IMG/VR virus record: IMGVR_UViG_3300035210_000102
Coordinates: 28,354-92,353 of that record
DNA: 64,000 nucleotides
Origin: a virus
Lineage: Duplodnaviria; Heunggongvirae; Uroviricota; Caudoviricetes
Strand: one strand, 5' to 3'
Shown here: in pieces, positions 9,450 through 18,097 of the stretch
Layout: each line of letters begins with the position of its first letter
Position numbering within the stretch: position 1 is the stretch's first letter
Made by a program: the position numbers and the translations under genes
Notes under the pieces: generated by a model
Seen by the model: the letters and a program-made list of their open reading frames with translations, nothing else
Databases searched by the model: none
Told to the model about the DNA's origin: nothing

Positions 9450-10429
9450 GCCGCCTTCTTGTGCGGCTTTTGTGGCGTCCTGACCTCTGGGTTCTCTATC
9501 TTCTCCTTCGCAAACAGCGCGCCTTCCCTGGTCAGCCACCATTCCTCGCCTTTTCGCACCAAAAGTTGCTTCTTCTCTTGGTTGGTGAGTAACCCGCTCA
9601 GCAGGCTTGGGTTGCCGCCATACCCCGTAAATCCGGCCTCCCTCAATTCCGCTGTGGTTTGCTGCCCATTTTTGTAGATGTAAATCAGCAGTGCATGATT
9701 CTGCGGAATTGCCGGCGCCGCCTCGACCTTTGCCACCGCCTGCACAGGTTCGGCCACCACCGGCACACTCGGCTCCGGCTCCGGCTCCGGCTCGGCTGGC
9801 CTCGGCTCAGGCTGCGCGACAACCTCTAACGGTTTCACAGTCGGCGCGGCCTCGATCAGCTTCGGCTCTGACTTCGATTCACTGTCGGCCCCGGCTACGC
9901 GAAGAAATCTGAATTTCCTGGTTGCATGCTCTTCCTCGACCGCCAAAAGGTCCAGGATTAGGCCCATTACCCGGCCGCTCACTTCCGTTTGTATGCGAAA
10001 CAGGCCACCTTCCCGCGCTTCCGTTGCTCTCGCGATTCGCTCAAGCGTAGGCTTCACATCGAGGATCAAGTCAACCAGGGCCTCGTGATCGTCCGCTAGT
10101 TGGTCGATACGGCTTTTGATTATATTGGCGGGCTCGGTTGTCGAAACGAGGCGGGGCATTTTTGTCACCCTCACCACTTTTTCTGCAGGCGATAACGGCT
10201 TGATGCCCCTCACTTTTAGTTGCCGCCGCACCTCACCCCTTACATTCATCCACGTTCGGCCATCAGAGGGTGTCGCGCTTGTTGTGACCACTCCCTCGTT
10301 CCCGTTATGCCGCCACCTTATTTGGTAGTGGCCGCCGCCCGTGTAATGGTGGTTGACGTCGACAACCCCGTATCGTCGGAATTCCTGCTTTATCCGGTCT
10401 ACATTCTCGTTGCCTGCTGCTGCAGCCAT
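9446..10429 (-). CDS. hypothetical protein with (PE)n linker
   Basis: Only sizeable minus-strand gene in the island. Start taken at the ATG giving MAAAAGNEN. The supplied ORF extends to a GTG at 10477. Encodes a PEPEPEP repeat. Confidence 0.4.
   Translation of the reverse strand: MAAAAGNENVDRIKQEFRRYGVVDVNHHYTGGGHYQIRWRHNGNEGVVTTSATPSDGRTWMNVRGEVRRQLKVRGIKPLSPAEKVVRVTKMPRLVSTTEPANIIKSRIDQLADDHEALVDLILDVKPTLERIARATEAREGGLFRIQTEVSGRVMGLILDLLAVEEEHATRKFRFLRVAGADSESKSEPKLIEAAPTVKPLEVVAQPEPRPAEPEPEPEPSVPVVAEPVQAVAKVEAAPAIPQNHALLIYIYKNGQQTTAELREAGFTGYGGNPSLLSGLLTNQEKKQLLVRKGEEWWLTREGALFAKEKIENPEVRTPQKPHKKAA
9771..9800. repeat. hexanucleotide microsatellite (ccggct)n encoding the PE repeat
   Basis: ctccggctccggctccggctcggct, read directly from the sequence. 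Confidence 0.6.
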
Positions 10430-10468
10430 GCGCCTTTCACTCCTTGCGCGTTGTGTGCATACCCTATG

Positions 10469-10491
10469 CAAATGCACGGAAAGTGCATTTG
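10469..10491. promoter_or_regulatory. perfect 9-bp inverted repeat, candidate operator
   Basis: caaatgcac-ggaaa-gtgcatttg lies in the divergent intergenic region. ttacgca/tgcgtaa repeats sit further downstream at ~10537-10588. Confidence 0.4.
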
Positions 10492-10580
10492 GCCCACTCT
10501 TCCACTCTGCTCATCTTTCGTCAACCACGCCTTGCGAATTACGCACCTTGCATTTGCCAAGCTGCCGAAAATTACGCAAA

Positions 10581-11285
10581 ATGCGTACTATGACAATGAC
10601 AGTAGCCATAGTAGAAGCCCGCCTGAGATCGAAGCGTCTCCCGTGCAAAACGCTCCTTCCGTTGCCCACAGCGCGCCTTGTTATTCAAGAGGTGCTGTAT
10701 CGCGCCAGCAAAATCAAAGGTGTCGACGTGGTCATCGCCGCTTTGGCTGACGATCCCGGAACAGATTTATTGTTGCCTTGGATTAGCTACTCCATTGACT
10801 TCGCCTACGACAGCCACGCAGCCAAGATCGGCGTTGTTCGTGGCCCCGAAAACGACGTTCTAAGTCGCGACTTACTTGCTGCAAAGCATGTGGGGGCCGA
10901 CACGATAATGCGCCTCACCTCAGACTGCCCCCTACTCGATCCAGTAATCTGCGGGCAGGTCTTAGAGGCCTATCGTGGCGGCTTCGTCGATTATTGTACG
11001 AACGCTTTTCCCCGCACTTGGCCGCGCGGTTATGACTGTGAAGTCTTCTCGATAGACCTTCTCGAGGAAGCCAACAAATACGGCGACGACCAATACCCCG
11101 ACAACCGCCAAGGCGTCGACGTTTGGATGCAAGCCAGCCCAGATGTGCGCCGCCTGAACATCACAGCCCCAGGTGAAAGCAGAGGACACATTCAGTGGTC
11201 ACTGGACGAGGAACCCGACTACGAGCGTATTGTCGCGGAATTCAATCGCCGCATAGCCGCTGGGGGCGATACGCTATGCGAGTAG
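10581..11285 (+). CDS. sugar-nucleotide cytidylyltransferase (PseF/NeuA/SpsF-like)
   Basis: N-terminal IVEARLRSKRLPCKTLLPL...LV.QEVL.RA matches the acylneuraminate cytidylyltransferase P-loop-like motif. Start chosen at MRTMTMTVAIVEARL. Confidence 0.55.
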   Translation: MRTMTMTVAIVEARLRSKRLPCKTLLPLPTARLVIQEVLYRASKIKGVDVVIAALADDPGTDLLLPWISYSIDFAYDSHAAKIGVVRGPENDVLSRDLLAAKHVGADTIMRLTSDCPLLDPVICGQVLEAYRGGFVDYCTNAFPRTWPRGYDCEVFSIDLLEEANKYGDDQYPDNRQGVDVWMQASPDVRRLNITAPGESRGHIQWSLDEEPDYERIVAEFNRRIAAGGDTLCE

Positions 11286-11367
11286 CTGAATTCGTCTTTT
11301 CCTTCGCTGTTGCGGTCGCAATCGGAAAAGCTTTTGCATACGCACTCTTGCCGACGCCGTTGATGCC

Positions 11368-11856
11368 ATGAAGCTCGTCCCCGTCGACCCGAAAAACAAG
11401 GCTCACGTGCGCTTCCTGTGGCGGCTACTCAGGACCCGGTTGGCAGTTTCCCGCATAAGCCATGACGGCAAGACCACCTGGAAACAGCACCAAGCGTTTG
11501 TCGCCAACCATCCTTACCATGATTGGTGCCTCGTTGAAGTAGCAAAAACAGGGCATTGGTGGAACTGGCCCCGCTACCCGCGCTTTGCAGGCGCCGCTTT
11601 CATCTCCATGCCGGCTAAACCAAGCGTTGTCGGCGATGAGCTGCATGTCGAGTTGCTGCCAAAACACCAAGGTCGCGGCCTCGCTGAAAAAGCACTGCTC
11701 GCCTTGATGAAGAAGCACCCCCGCAAGCGCTACGTGGCGAATGTCGCGCCCGGCAATCTCGGCTCATATTCTCTTTTTAACAAGATGGGCTTTCGCCTCT
11801 GCCAGTATACGCTGGAGCGCATTATCGACGAATATACGCCAGAGCGGGTAAAATGA
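11368..11856 (+). CDS. GNAT-family N-acetyltransferase (PseH-like candidate)
   Basis: Motif-A-like QGRGLAEKALLAL. Size matches the GNAT fold. Confidence 0.5.
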   Translation: MKLVPVDPKNKAHVRFLWRLLRTRLAVSRISHDGKTTWKQHQAFVANHPYHDWCLVEVAKTGHWWNWPRYPRFAGAAFISMPAKPSVVGDELHVELLPKHQGRGLAEKALLALMKKHPRKRYVANVAPGNLGSYSLFNKMGFRLCQYTLERIIDEYTPERVK

Positions 11857-12836
11857 TCCCGCATAACAAAGTCTTAACCACAGAGCAGGACATCGAAGCC
11901 CTTGTCCGCGTGGGGCGTTCGAACCAGCTTACCCAAGGCCCCGAAGTGGAAGCGCTCGAGGCAGAATACTGCGCCTACACCGGGCGCAAATATGCGGTTG
12001 CGGTGGGGAGCGGTTTAGCAGCCCTTCGTCTTGCGTTGCTGTGTCGTCGCGATCTCATCCCCACCGTGCCCGCATATTCCTGTGTCGCCCTGGCGAATGC
12101 CGCCTACAGCTATTCGGCCAAGCTTGGCATTGCTGACGCACTCCCGCTTTCCTGGACGCTTGACCCGAGCGACATTGGCGAATCGCCCGGCCAAACCGCC
12201 GTCGTCACAGTCAACACGTTTGGCGTGAAGGCACCGCTCCCGCGCGCCCCGCTTCTTGTAATCGAAGACTGCACGCACGGATTTGGCGATCATCGATCAG
12301 ACATTGAAGTCTTGAGCCTGCACGCCACGAAACTTGTTGGCGGCGCCGCCGGCGGCATGATTTTGACCGACGTGAAGACCTACGCCGACCAATGCCGCGA
12401 TCGGCGTGATTACGACGACAAGGCCAGCTCCGGCACACGCTTAAATGACAAGATGAGCGACATTCACGCCGCTTTGGCCCGCGCCAAGTTGGCTCGCCTG
12501 CCCGAACTTATTGAAGAGCGCGAAGAGCATGCTGCCGCATATCGTTGTGGTCTCGAGCATATTGACCCCGGCCTGCTCACGTTACCTTTGGGCGGCGACC
12601 GGACTTGGTATCGCTTTGTGATACGCACCAAGATGGAAGCACCTCTCCTACGCGCCGCCCTGCATCGTAAGGGTGTCGGCGCCGAACTTCCTATCGAGTG
12701 GTGGCCAGATGACAAAGCGCCCTACCCCGCCGCGCTCAACGCTTACCGGCGCAACGTTTCCCTCCCCCTTTATCCCGGGCTCTCCAAAGAGGCCCTTCAT
12801 CATGTCTGCAAGGCTGTATCGGAGATTATAGCGTGA
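11853..12836 (+). CDS. DegT/DnrJ/EryC1 PLP-dependent sugar aminotransferase (PseC/LegC-like)
   Basis: AVAVGSGLAALRLAL, D..H.FG, SLHATKLV (PLP lysine) and the typical C-terminal helical region. Confidence 0.7.
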   Translation: MIPHNKVLTTEQDIEALVRVGRSNQLTQGPEVEALEAEYCAYTGRKYAVAVGSGLAALRLALLCRRDLIPTVPAYSCVALANAAYSYSAKLGIADALPLSWTLDPSDIGESPGQTAVVTVNTFGVKAPLPRAPLLVIEDCTHGFGDHRSDIEVLSLHATKLVGGAAGGMILTDVKTYADQCRDRRDYDDKASSGTRLNDKMSDIHAALARAKLARLPELIEEREEHAAAYRCGLEHIDPGLLTLPLGGDRTWYRFVIRTKMEAPLLRAALHRKGVGAELPIEWWPDDKAPYPAALNAYRRNVSLPLYPGLSKEALHHVCKAVSEIIA

Positions 12837-12957
12837 CCTGGGTTCTCATCATCTTCCTGAGTAACTTCGCGACATCCGTCGATTTTGACTCAAAGGAAGC
12901 CTGCCATGCCGCGCAAAAGGCGATCACGCAAATCAAGAACGGCAACCCGTCCTCGGT

Positions 12958-13671
12958 GTGCGCCGCCAAAACTGGCTACCTCTATCCGATCAGGCGGGCA
13001 CAGTGACAAACGTTCTCTGCGTCGCCGCCCACCCCGACGATGAATCCCTCGGCTGCGGTGGCACACTCGCAAAACACGCCCTCAACGGCGACAATGTGTA
13101 CGTCATGTTCATGACCGACGGCGTCGGCGCCCGGCAACCCAACGATGACAGCTTGCAACAGCGCCGTGACGCTTCGATCAAGGCATGCCGCGCCCTCGGC
13201 GTGACGCCAATGTGGGCGAACACTCTGCTGCCCGATAACGCCATGGACTCCGTTCCGCTGCTCGAGGTCGTGCGGCGCATAGAGAAAGCGCCCTACCCTG
13301 CTCCCGACATCATATACACGCACCACGGGGGCGATTTAAACGTCGATCACGTCATAACCCACAAGGCGGTCATGACGGCGTTTCGACCAAAACCCGGCTC
13401 GAGCGTAAAGGCGATTTACTGCTTTGAAGTGCCGAGCTCGACGGAATGGGCGCCTAGCAGTTCACCGCAGTTCAATCCAAGACATCACGTCAACATCACC
13501 GGCGCACCCGGCGAGAAAAAAATCGAAGCCCTCAACGTTTACCGAATGGAGATGCTCGCATGGCCGCATGCGCGCTCCATGATGGGCATCCGTGCACTTA
13601 TGCAGTGGCGGGGCGCGAGCAGAGGATTTGACGCAGCAGAAGCGTTTGTAGTGGAAAGGTCAATCGCGTGA
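12958..13671 (+). CDS. PIG-L/LmbE-family N-deacetylase
   Basis: LCVAAHPDDESLGCGGTLAKH, the signature AHPDDE zinc-binding motif, plus downstream HxDH. Confidence 0.7.
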   Translation: MRRQNWLPLSDQAGTVTNVLCVAAHPDDESLGCGGTLAKHALNGDNVYVMFMTDGVGARQPNDDSLQQRRDASIKACRALGVTPMWANTLLPDNAMDSVPLLEVVRRIEKAPYPAPDIIYTHHGGDLNVDHVITHKAVMTAFRPKPGSSVKAIYCFEVPSSTEWAPSSSPQFNPRHHVNITGAPGEKKIEALNVYRMEMLAWPHARSMMGIRALMQWRGASRGFDAAEAFVVERSIA

Positions 13672-14696
13672 AAATCGGTGATCGCATCATCGGAAAGGGT
13701 CTTTGCCCCTATGTCGTTGCGGACATCTCGGCAAGCCACAATGGCTCACTCGATCGCGGCCTCGCGCTGATAGATGCCGCCAAGGCCGCGGGCGCGGACG
13801 CTGTCAAATTCCAGGCGTATTTGCCGGAGCTCGTGAGCTGTCATGTTGACCGACCGGAGTTCATCATCCAGGGTGGCCCTTGGAAGGGCATGCACCTTTA
13901 CGAGCTTTACCAGGACGCCTACACCCCGCGGCAAATGTTGCAAGCGTTCTTCGGCTACGCGCGTGAAATCGGCATAACCGCCTTCTCCACGGCATGCGCC
14001 AATGAGGACGTTGATTTCCTGGAAACGCTCGATAATCCGGTCATAAAAATCGCCTCTATGGACATTGTGAACCTGCCGCTGATCGATTACGCCGCGAGCA
14101 AGCGCCGCCCGCTCATCATCTCAACTGGCATGGCCAGCGAAGATGAAATTATGGACGCAATGGACGTGGTCGAAATGCAGGGCGCGGAATATTTGCTTTT
14201 GCACTGCGTATCCGAATACCCTTGTCCCCTTGCGAAGGCCAACATTGCCGGCCTTGTCGACCTCGATTGCTGGGCTGGTCCATCCGGTTATTCCGATCAC
14301 ACTCTTGGTTTTGCTGCTGCCGTGATGGCTACCACGGCCGGCGCCACCATGATCGAAAAGCACCTTACCCTTGACGCCAAGGGTGGCGGTCCCGATGATC
14401 ACTTTGCGACTGAACCGCACGAATTCAAAACGATGGTTTCGATGATCCACGACGCGCACAAGGCTATGACGCCGGTCGCCGCTGAAGCAGAAAACCCCCA
14501 CAAGGCTTTGCGCCCATCCCTTTACGTCGTTTCGGATTTGAAAGCCGGAGAGCTGTTCACGCCGCAAAGCGTCAGGGCGATCCGGCCATCCTTCGGTCTT
14601 CCCCCGGTCGAGCTCCCCGCGGTCCTGGGATGCCGCGCCTCTCGTGACATTGCCCGCGGCGAACCGCTGCATTGGAATATGGCGGAGGCGGCATAA
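13668..14696 (+). CDS. nonulosonic acid synthase (NeuB/PseI/LegI family)
   Basis: ISASHNGSLDRGLALIDAAKAAGADAVKFQ NeuB signature and a C-terminal SAF domain. Confidence 0.8.
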   Translation: MKIGDRIIGKGLCPYVVADISASHNGSLDRGLALIDAAKAAGADAVKFQAYLPELVSCHVDRPEFIIQGGPWKGMHLYELYQDAYTPRQMLQAFFGYAREIGITAFSTACANEDVDFLETLDNPVIKIASMDIVNLPLIDYAASKRRPLIISTGMASEDEIMDAMDVVEMQGAEYLLLHCVSEYPCPLAKANIAGLVDLDCWAGPSGYSDHTLGFAAAVMATTAGATMIEKHLTLDAKGGGPDDHFATEPHEFKTMVSMIHDAHKAMTPVAAEAENPHKALRPSLYVVSDLKAGELFTPQSVRAIRPSFGLPPVELPAVLGCRASRDIARGEPLHWNMAEAA

Positions 14697-15385
14697 TGCG
14701 AAAGATTGGCTCCCCCGTCCCCACGCCGCAGGAATATTACAGCAATCTTCTCCGGGAGCACGGCCCGGGTCCGGCCTCTGTCGATGTGACGCGCGAAGGC
14801 CAGCTCCAACGGTTCGAAATTCTCTTGAAGGCTTTCGGCGACACGACCAATTGCCAGTTTTTGGATGTTGGCTGCGGTTACGGCGCATTTGCTGATTTTC
14901 TTTACGACAATGGCCGCCACAGCGCCAGTTATCACGGCATCGACGTCTGCTCTGAAATGATCCGTGCGGCATGCGACAGATTCATGGCGCGTAAGCCGAG
15001 CGAGCGGTTGGATGATCTCGCATTTGAGGTGCGCGATCTTCTCGCGGCGCCTCTTCCCCGGACTTATGAATGCGTCGTCGCTTCCGGCCTTTTCCAACTG
15101 CACCACGGGCTCTGGCACGCCGAGCGTCTCATCAGGGCGCTTTGGGAGCACACTGAACACATTCTTGCGTTCAACATGCTGTCGGTTCACGCGCCCCAGC
15201 CACACACAAACGGCGAGCTGTACGCGGACCCCAAACGCATCTGGGATATTTGTGAGCGTCTGACTCCGCACGTTTTGCTGGATCACACGTACCGGCGGAA
15301 CGATTTCACGGTTGTGCTCCACCGCGGACCTGATACGGTCGGACAGTTCAGTTTTCCAAAGGTTATGGAAGCCGCCGCGGCATGA
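14696..15385 (+). CDS. class I SAM-dependent methyltransferase
   Basis: LDVGCGYGAF motif I. The ATG overlaps the NeuB stop (ATAATG) and follows a ggagg RBS. Confidence 0.6.
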   Translation: MRKIGSPVPTPQEYYSNLLREHGPGPASVDVTREGQLQRFEILLKAFGDTTNCQFLDVGCGYGAFADFLYDNGRHSASYHGIDVCSEMIRAACDRFMARKPSERLDDLAFEVRDLLAAPLPRTYECVVASGLFQLHHGLWHAERLIRALWEHTEHILAFNMLSVHAPQPHTNGELYADPKRIWDICERLTPHVLLDHTYRRNDFTVVLHRGPDTVGQFSFPKVMEAAAA

Positions 15386-16092
15386 CCGTCGCTCATATCA
15401 ACCAATTCCGGTTTCTCCCCGCCCTCAACTTTATGCAACGTCCGCTCATCGCCGATTGGTTCATTTGGCGCGATGACGTGCAATATCAGCCGAAAGACTG
15501 GGAAAACCGAAACAAGATCAAGACGCGCGACGGCTGGATGTGGCTCACCGTGCCGATGAAGAAACAGCCGATCGGCGTTCCGATCGGCGAGGCGGAGATT
15601 GATAATTCGGTCCCCCGGTGGCGCGGTAAGATGCTGCAATCTCTGATCTGCAACTATGCGCGCTCGCCCTATTATGATGAATTTATGCCCGGCTTTGAGG
15701 AAATCCTTTCCGAGGATTGGCGCTATCTGGCAGACCTGAATTTGGCGCTGTTTGATTGGCTGCGCGGGGCCTTCCGCTTTCCGCTCAAATGTCGCTTCGT
15801 CCGAGCTTCCGAGCTGGGCTGCACCGGCGACAAGGATGATATCCTGATCGAAATGTGCAAGAAGGTCGGCGCCACGACGTACCTATCGGGCGCTGAAGGG
15901 CGTAATTACAACCGGCCGGAACGCTGGACCGAGGCAAACATCGCCCTGACCTACCACGACTACACTTATCCGATTTACCCGCAACAGCACGGCGAATTCG
16001 AGCCATGGATGTGCGCGCTTGATTTGCTGCTCAACTGCGGCGGACAGCGCGGAAGGGAAATCCTGGAGCAACCCATGAATTTCACATCCTAA
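15382..16092 (+). CDS. WbqC-like family protein
   Basis: HINQFRFLPALNFMQ...WRDDVQYQPKDWENRNKI...WLTVP matches the WbqC pattern seen in O-antigen/nonulosonic-acid clusters. Confidence 0.6.
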   Translation: MTVAHINQFRFLPALNFMQRPLIADWFIWRDDVQYQPKDWENRNKIKTRDGWMWLTVPMKKQPIGVPIGEAEIDNSVPRWRGKMLQSLICNYARSPYYDEFMPGFEEILSEDWRYLADLNLALFDWLRGAFRFPLKCRFVRASELGCTGDKDDILIEMCKKVGATTYLSGAEGRNYNRPERWTEANIALTYHDYTYPIYPQQHGEFEPWMCALDLLLNCGGQRGREILEQPMNFTS

Positions 16093-16106
16093 ACCTGCTC
16101 GCGCTG

Positions 16107-16415
16107 TTGCTCCTGGCAACAGCTTTTGTCGGCCCTGCCCGCGCTGAATGCGGCATCGCTTCGACCTATCACGAAGGCAGCCGCACGGCGAGCGGCGAGC
16201 ACTACAACCCCCATGGCATCTCAGCCGCTCACAGAACGCTTCCGTTCGGTAGTCGCGTCGTGGTTCGTAATCAGCGCACTGGACGCACAATCGAAGTCCG
16301 TATCAATGACCGCGGACCCTTCATTGCCGGACGCATCATCGATCTTTCAGCGGGCGCAATGCGCGCCCTGGCTGGCGCAGCAGGGCTGGTCCCCGTTTGC
16401 ATCGAGCGCCGCTAA
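16107..16415 (+). CDS. secreted RlpA-like double-psi beta-barrel (DPBB) protein
   Basis: Signal-peptide-like N-terminus, then GIASTYHEG..TASGE...AAH.TLPFGS.V.V.N..TGR...VRINDRGPF..GRIIDLS. Confidence 0.55.
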   Translation: MLLATAFVGPARAECGIASTYHEGSRTASGEHYNPHGISAAHRTLPFGSRVVVRNQRTGRTIEVRINDRGPFIAGRIIDLSAGAMRALAGAAGLVPVCIERR

Positions 16416-16470
16416 TCAGGCCCTGACCTGATCGCAAACTCCCAAACTCAGCCTACGACCTGATTATTTT

Positions 16471-16548
16471 CGCGGGGTAGCGCAGCTTGGTCAGCGCGCG
16501 TGGCTCATAACCACGAGGCCGTGAGTTCAAATCTCACTCCCGCAACCA
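16471..16548 (+). tRNA. tRNA-Met (anticodon CAT), initiator-like with a C1:A72 mismatch
   Basis: cgcgggg...ctcataa...ttcaaat...cccgcaacca aligns closely to bacterial tRNA-fMet. Confidence 0.85.
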
Positions 16549-16551
16549 GAT

Positions 16552-16576
16552 AGCCGCTCCTGAGCGGCTTTTTTTA
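16552..16576 (+). terminator. rho-independent terminator
   Basis: agccgctcctgagcggct hairpin followed by T7. Confidence 0.7.
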
Positions 16577-16645
16577 TGCCCGCCGCCATGCGGGTATTGG
16601 CCATCCGGCCCAGCAAACCAGCAATAAGCAAATCGGAGGAAACCA

Positions 16646-17163
16646 TGGCAACACCACCTGTCGCCCAATACGGCATGTATTCGTGGAACGATTCAATGAA
16701 GACCAGCATGCACGGTCGGCGTTGCGGTCTCGACAATTTGGATTTCGGCGTAGGCGGCCCCGGTAGCCGCGATGGCGTTGAAATCTGGACGCAAGGCAGT
16801 ACCGGCTCTGGCGCATCCAGCACGGCCATTCTTCATCCCGGCGGCCTTAGCATGCTGCAATGCACGACTGCGTCGACGTTTACAATGCCAGCACCTTCCG
16901 CCACCTATGGCGGTGTCAACAAGAGCATCCAGTTCTACACGACCGCCGCCGGCGTCACGATGGAAATCGATATCACCTCTGGGAACTTCCAGACGTCCGC
17001 GAGTTCCACTTGGGTAAAAATTACAATGGCGTCCGCGGCCGGCGCAGTAAACGGCGGCATCTACCTACAGTGTATCCCGACATCGAGCGGCGCCTACTAC
17101 TGGGCGCTGAACGGCTCTACCGGCGTCACCGGCTCCGGCTCTACTCACATCGTCTTCGCTTAA
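16646..17163 (+). CDS. Ser/Thr/Gly-rich protein (paralog family member)
   Basis: Start at MATPPVAQ after a ggagg RBS. S/T/G-rich beta-type composition. Confidence 0.4.
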
Positions 17164-17182
17164 CCTCCAACAAGGAACTATC

Positions 17183-18097
17183 TTGAAGAAGATTGCTCTG
17201 ATCGGGTCCGCTCCATCATCGGTGAAGCGGGCCCCTTACGATGATCCATCTTGGACCATCTTCGCGTGCTCCCCTGGTGCGATCGGCCATTGCCGTCGCA
17301 TCGACCATTTTTTCGAGATGCACGCTTGGCGGCCGGAAAACCCGTGCTGCGAAATCAACTACGTCAAGAAACTGGCCGCCCTTGAGTGCCCGGTTTATAT
17401 GGTCAATCCGGTTCCGGATGTGCCGACGTCAGTGTCTTATCCAAAAGAGCAAGTGCTCGGCTGGTCTTACGGCACGGTGCGCAACCATAAAGGCGAAGAG
17501 CGCCACCTCAGATTTAATCCAAACGATTTTGCCTCGAGCCTCTCCTGGATGCTGGCCTTTGCAATTATGCAAGGCCCCGAGGAGATAGGGTTGTGGGGCG
17601 TCGACATGGCCGCCAATGAAGAATATGGCGGACAGAAAGATGGATGCCTCGCGCTTATCCATATCGCCAAATCACTTGGTATCAGAATTACCGTTCCGCC
17701 CGAAAGCGATTTACTGCGCCCCGCGCCGCTATACGGCTACCAAGAACACGACCACATGTACATCAAGCTTAATCAGCGTCTGCTGGAGCTTGATCAACGT
17801 ATCAACGAAGCAATTCAGCGAGAAGGAGCAGCGCGCGAGGAGCGCATGTTCCTCATGGGCGCGAAAGACGACATAGTGTACACACTCCGAACATGGATTG
17901 CTGACGGACAAGCTATCCATCGTATGTTTTCCGAACCCGAAGACGCGCTCAATCCGCGTGACGGAATTTACCAAGCCCTACTTGATGGCGAAGAAGCAGA
18001 GCCCGGCTTTGCCCCGCCACCGCGCGCACGGCGCAACCCAAAAAAGCCGCCGCATAAGCACGTTAGCGTGGTCGCGCGAGAAGAAGCCACCGCCTAG
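17183..18097 (+). CDS. DUF115/Maf-like protein, candidate nonulosonic-acid (pseudaminyl) transferase
   Basis: TTG start after an aaggaa RBS. The N-terminal IALIGSAPS, the FACS..A block and SSLSWMLAFAI.QGPEEIGLWGVDMA resemble the MptE/motility-accessory-factor DUF115 blocks. Confidence 0.4.
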   Translation: MKKIALIGSAPSSVKRAPYDDPSWTIFACSPGAIGHCRRIDHFFEMHAWRPENPCCEINYVKKLAALECPVYMVNPVPDVPTSVSYPKEQVLGWSYGTVRNHKGEERHLRFNPNDFASSLSWMLAFAIMQGPEEIGLWGVDMAANEEYGGQKDGCLALIHIAKSLGIRITVPPESDLLRPAPLYGYQEHDHMYIKLNQRLLELDQRINEAIQREGAAREERMFLMGAKDDIVYTLRTWIADGQAIHRMFSEPEDALNPRDGIYQALLDGEEAEPGFAPPPRARRNPKKPPHKHVSVVAREEATA

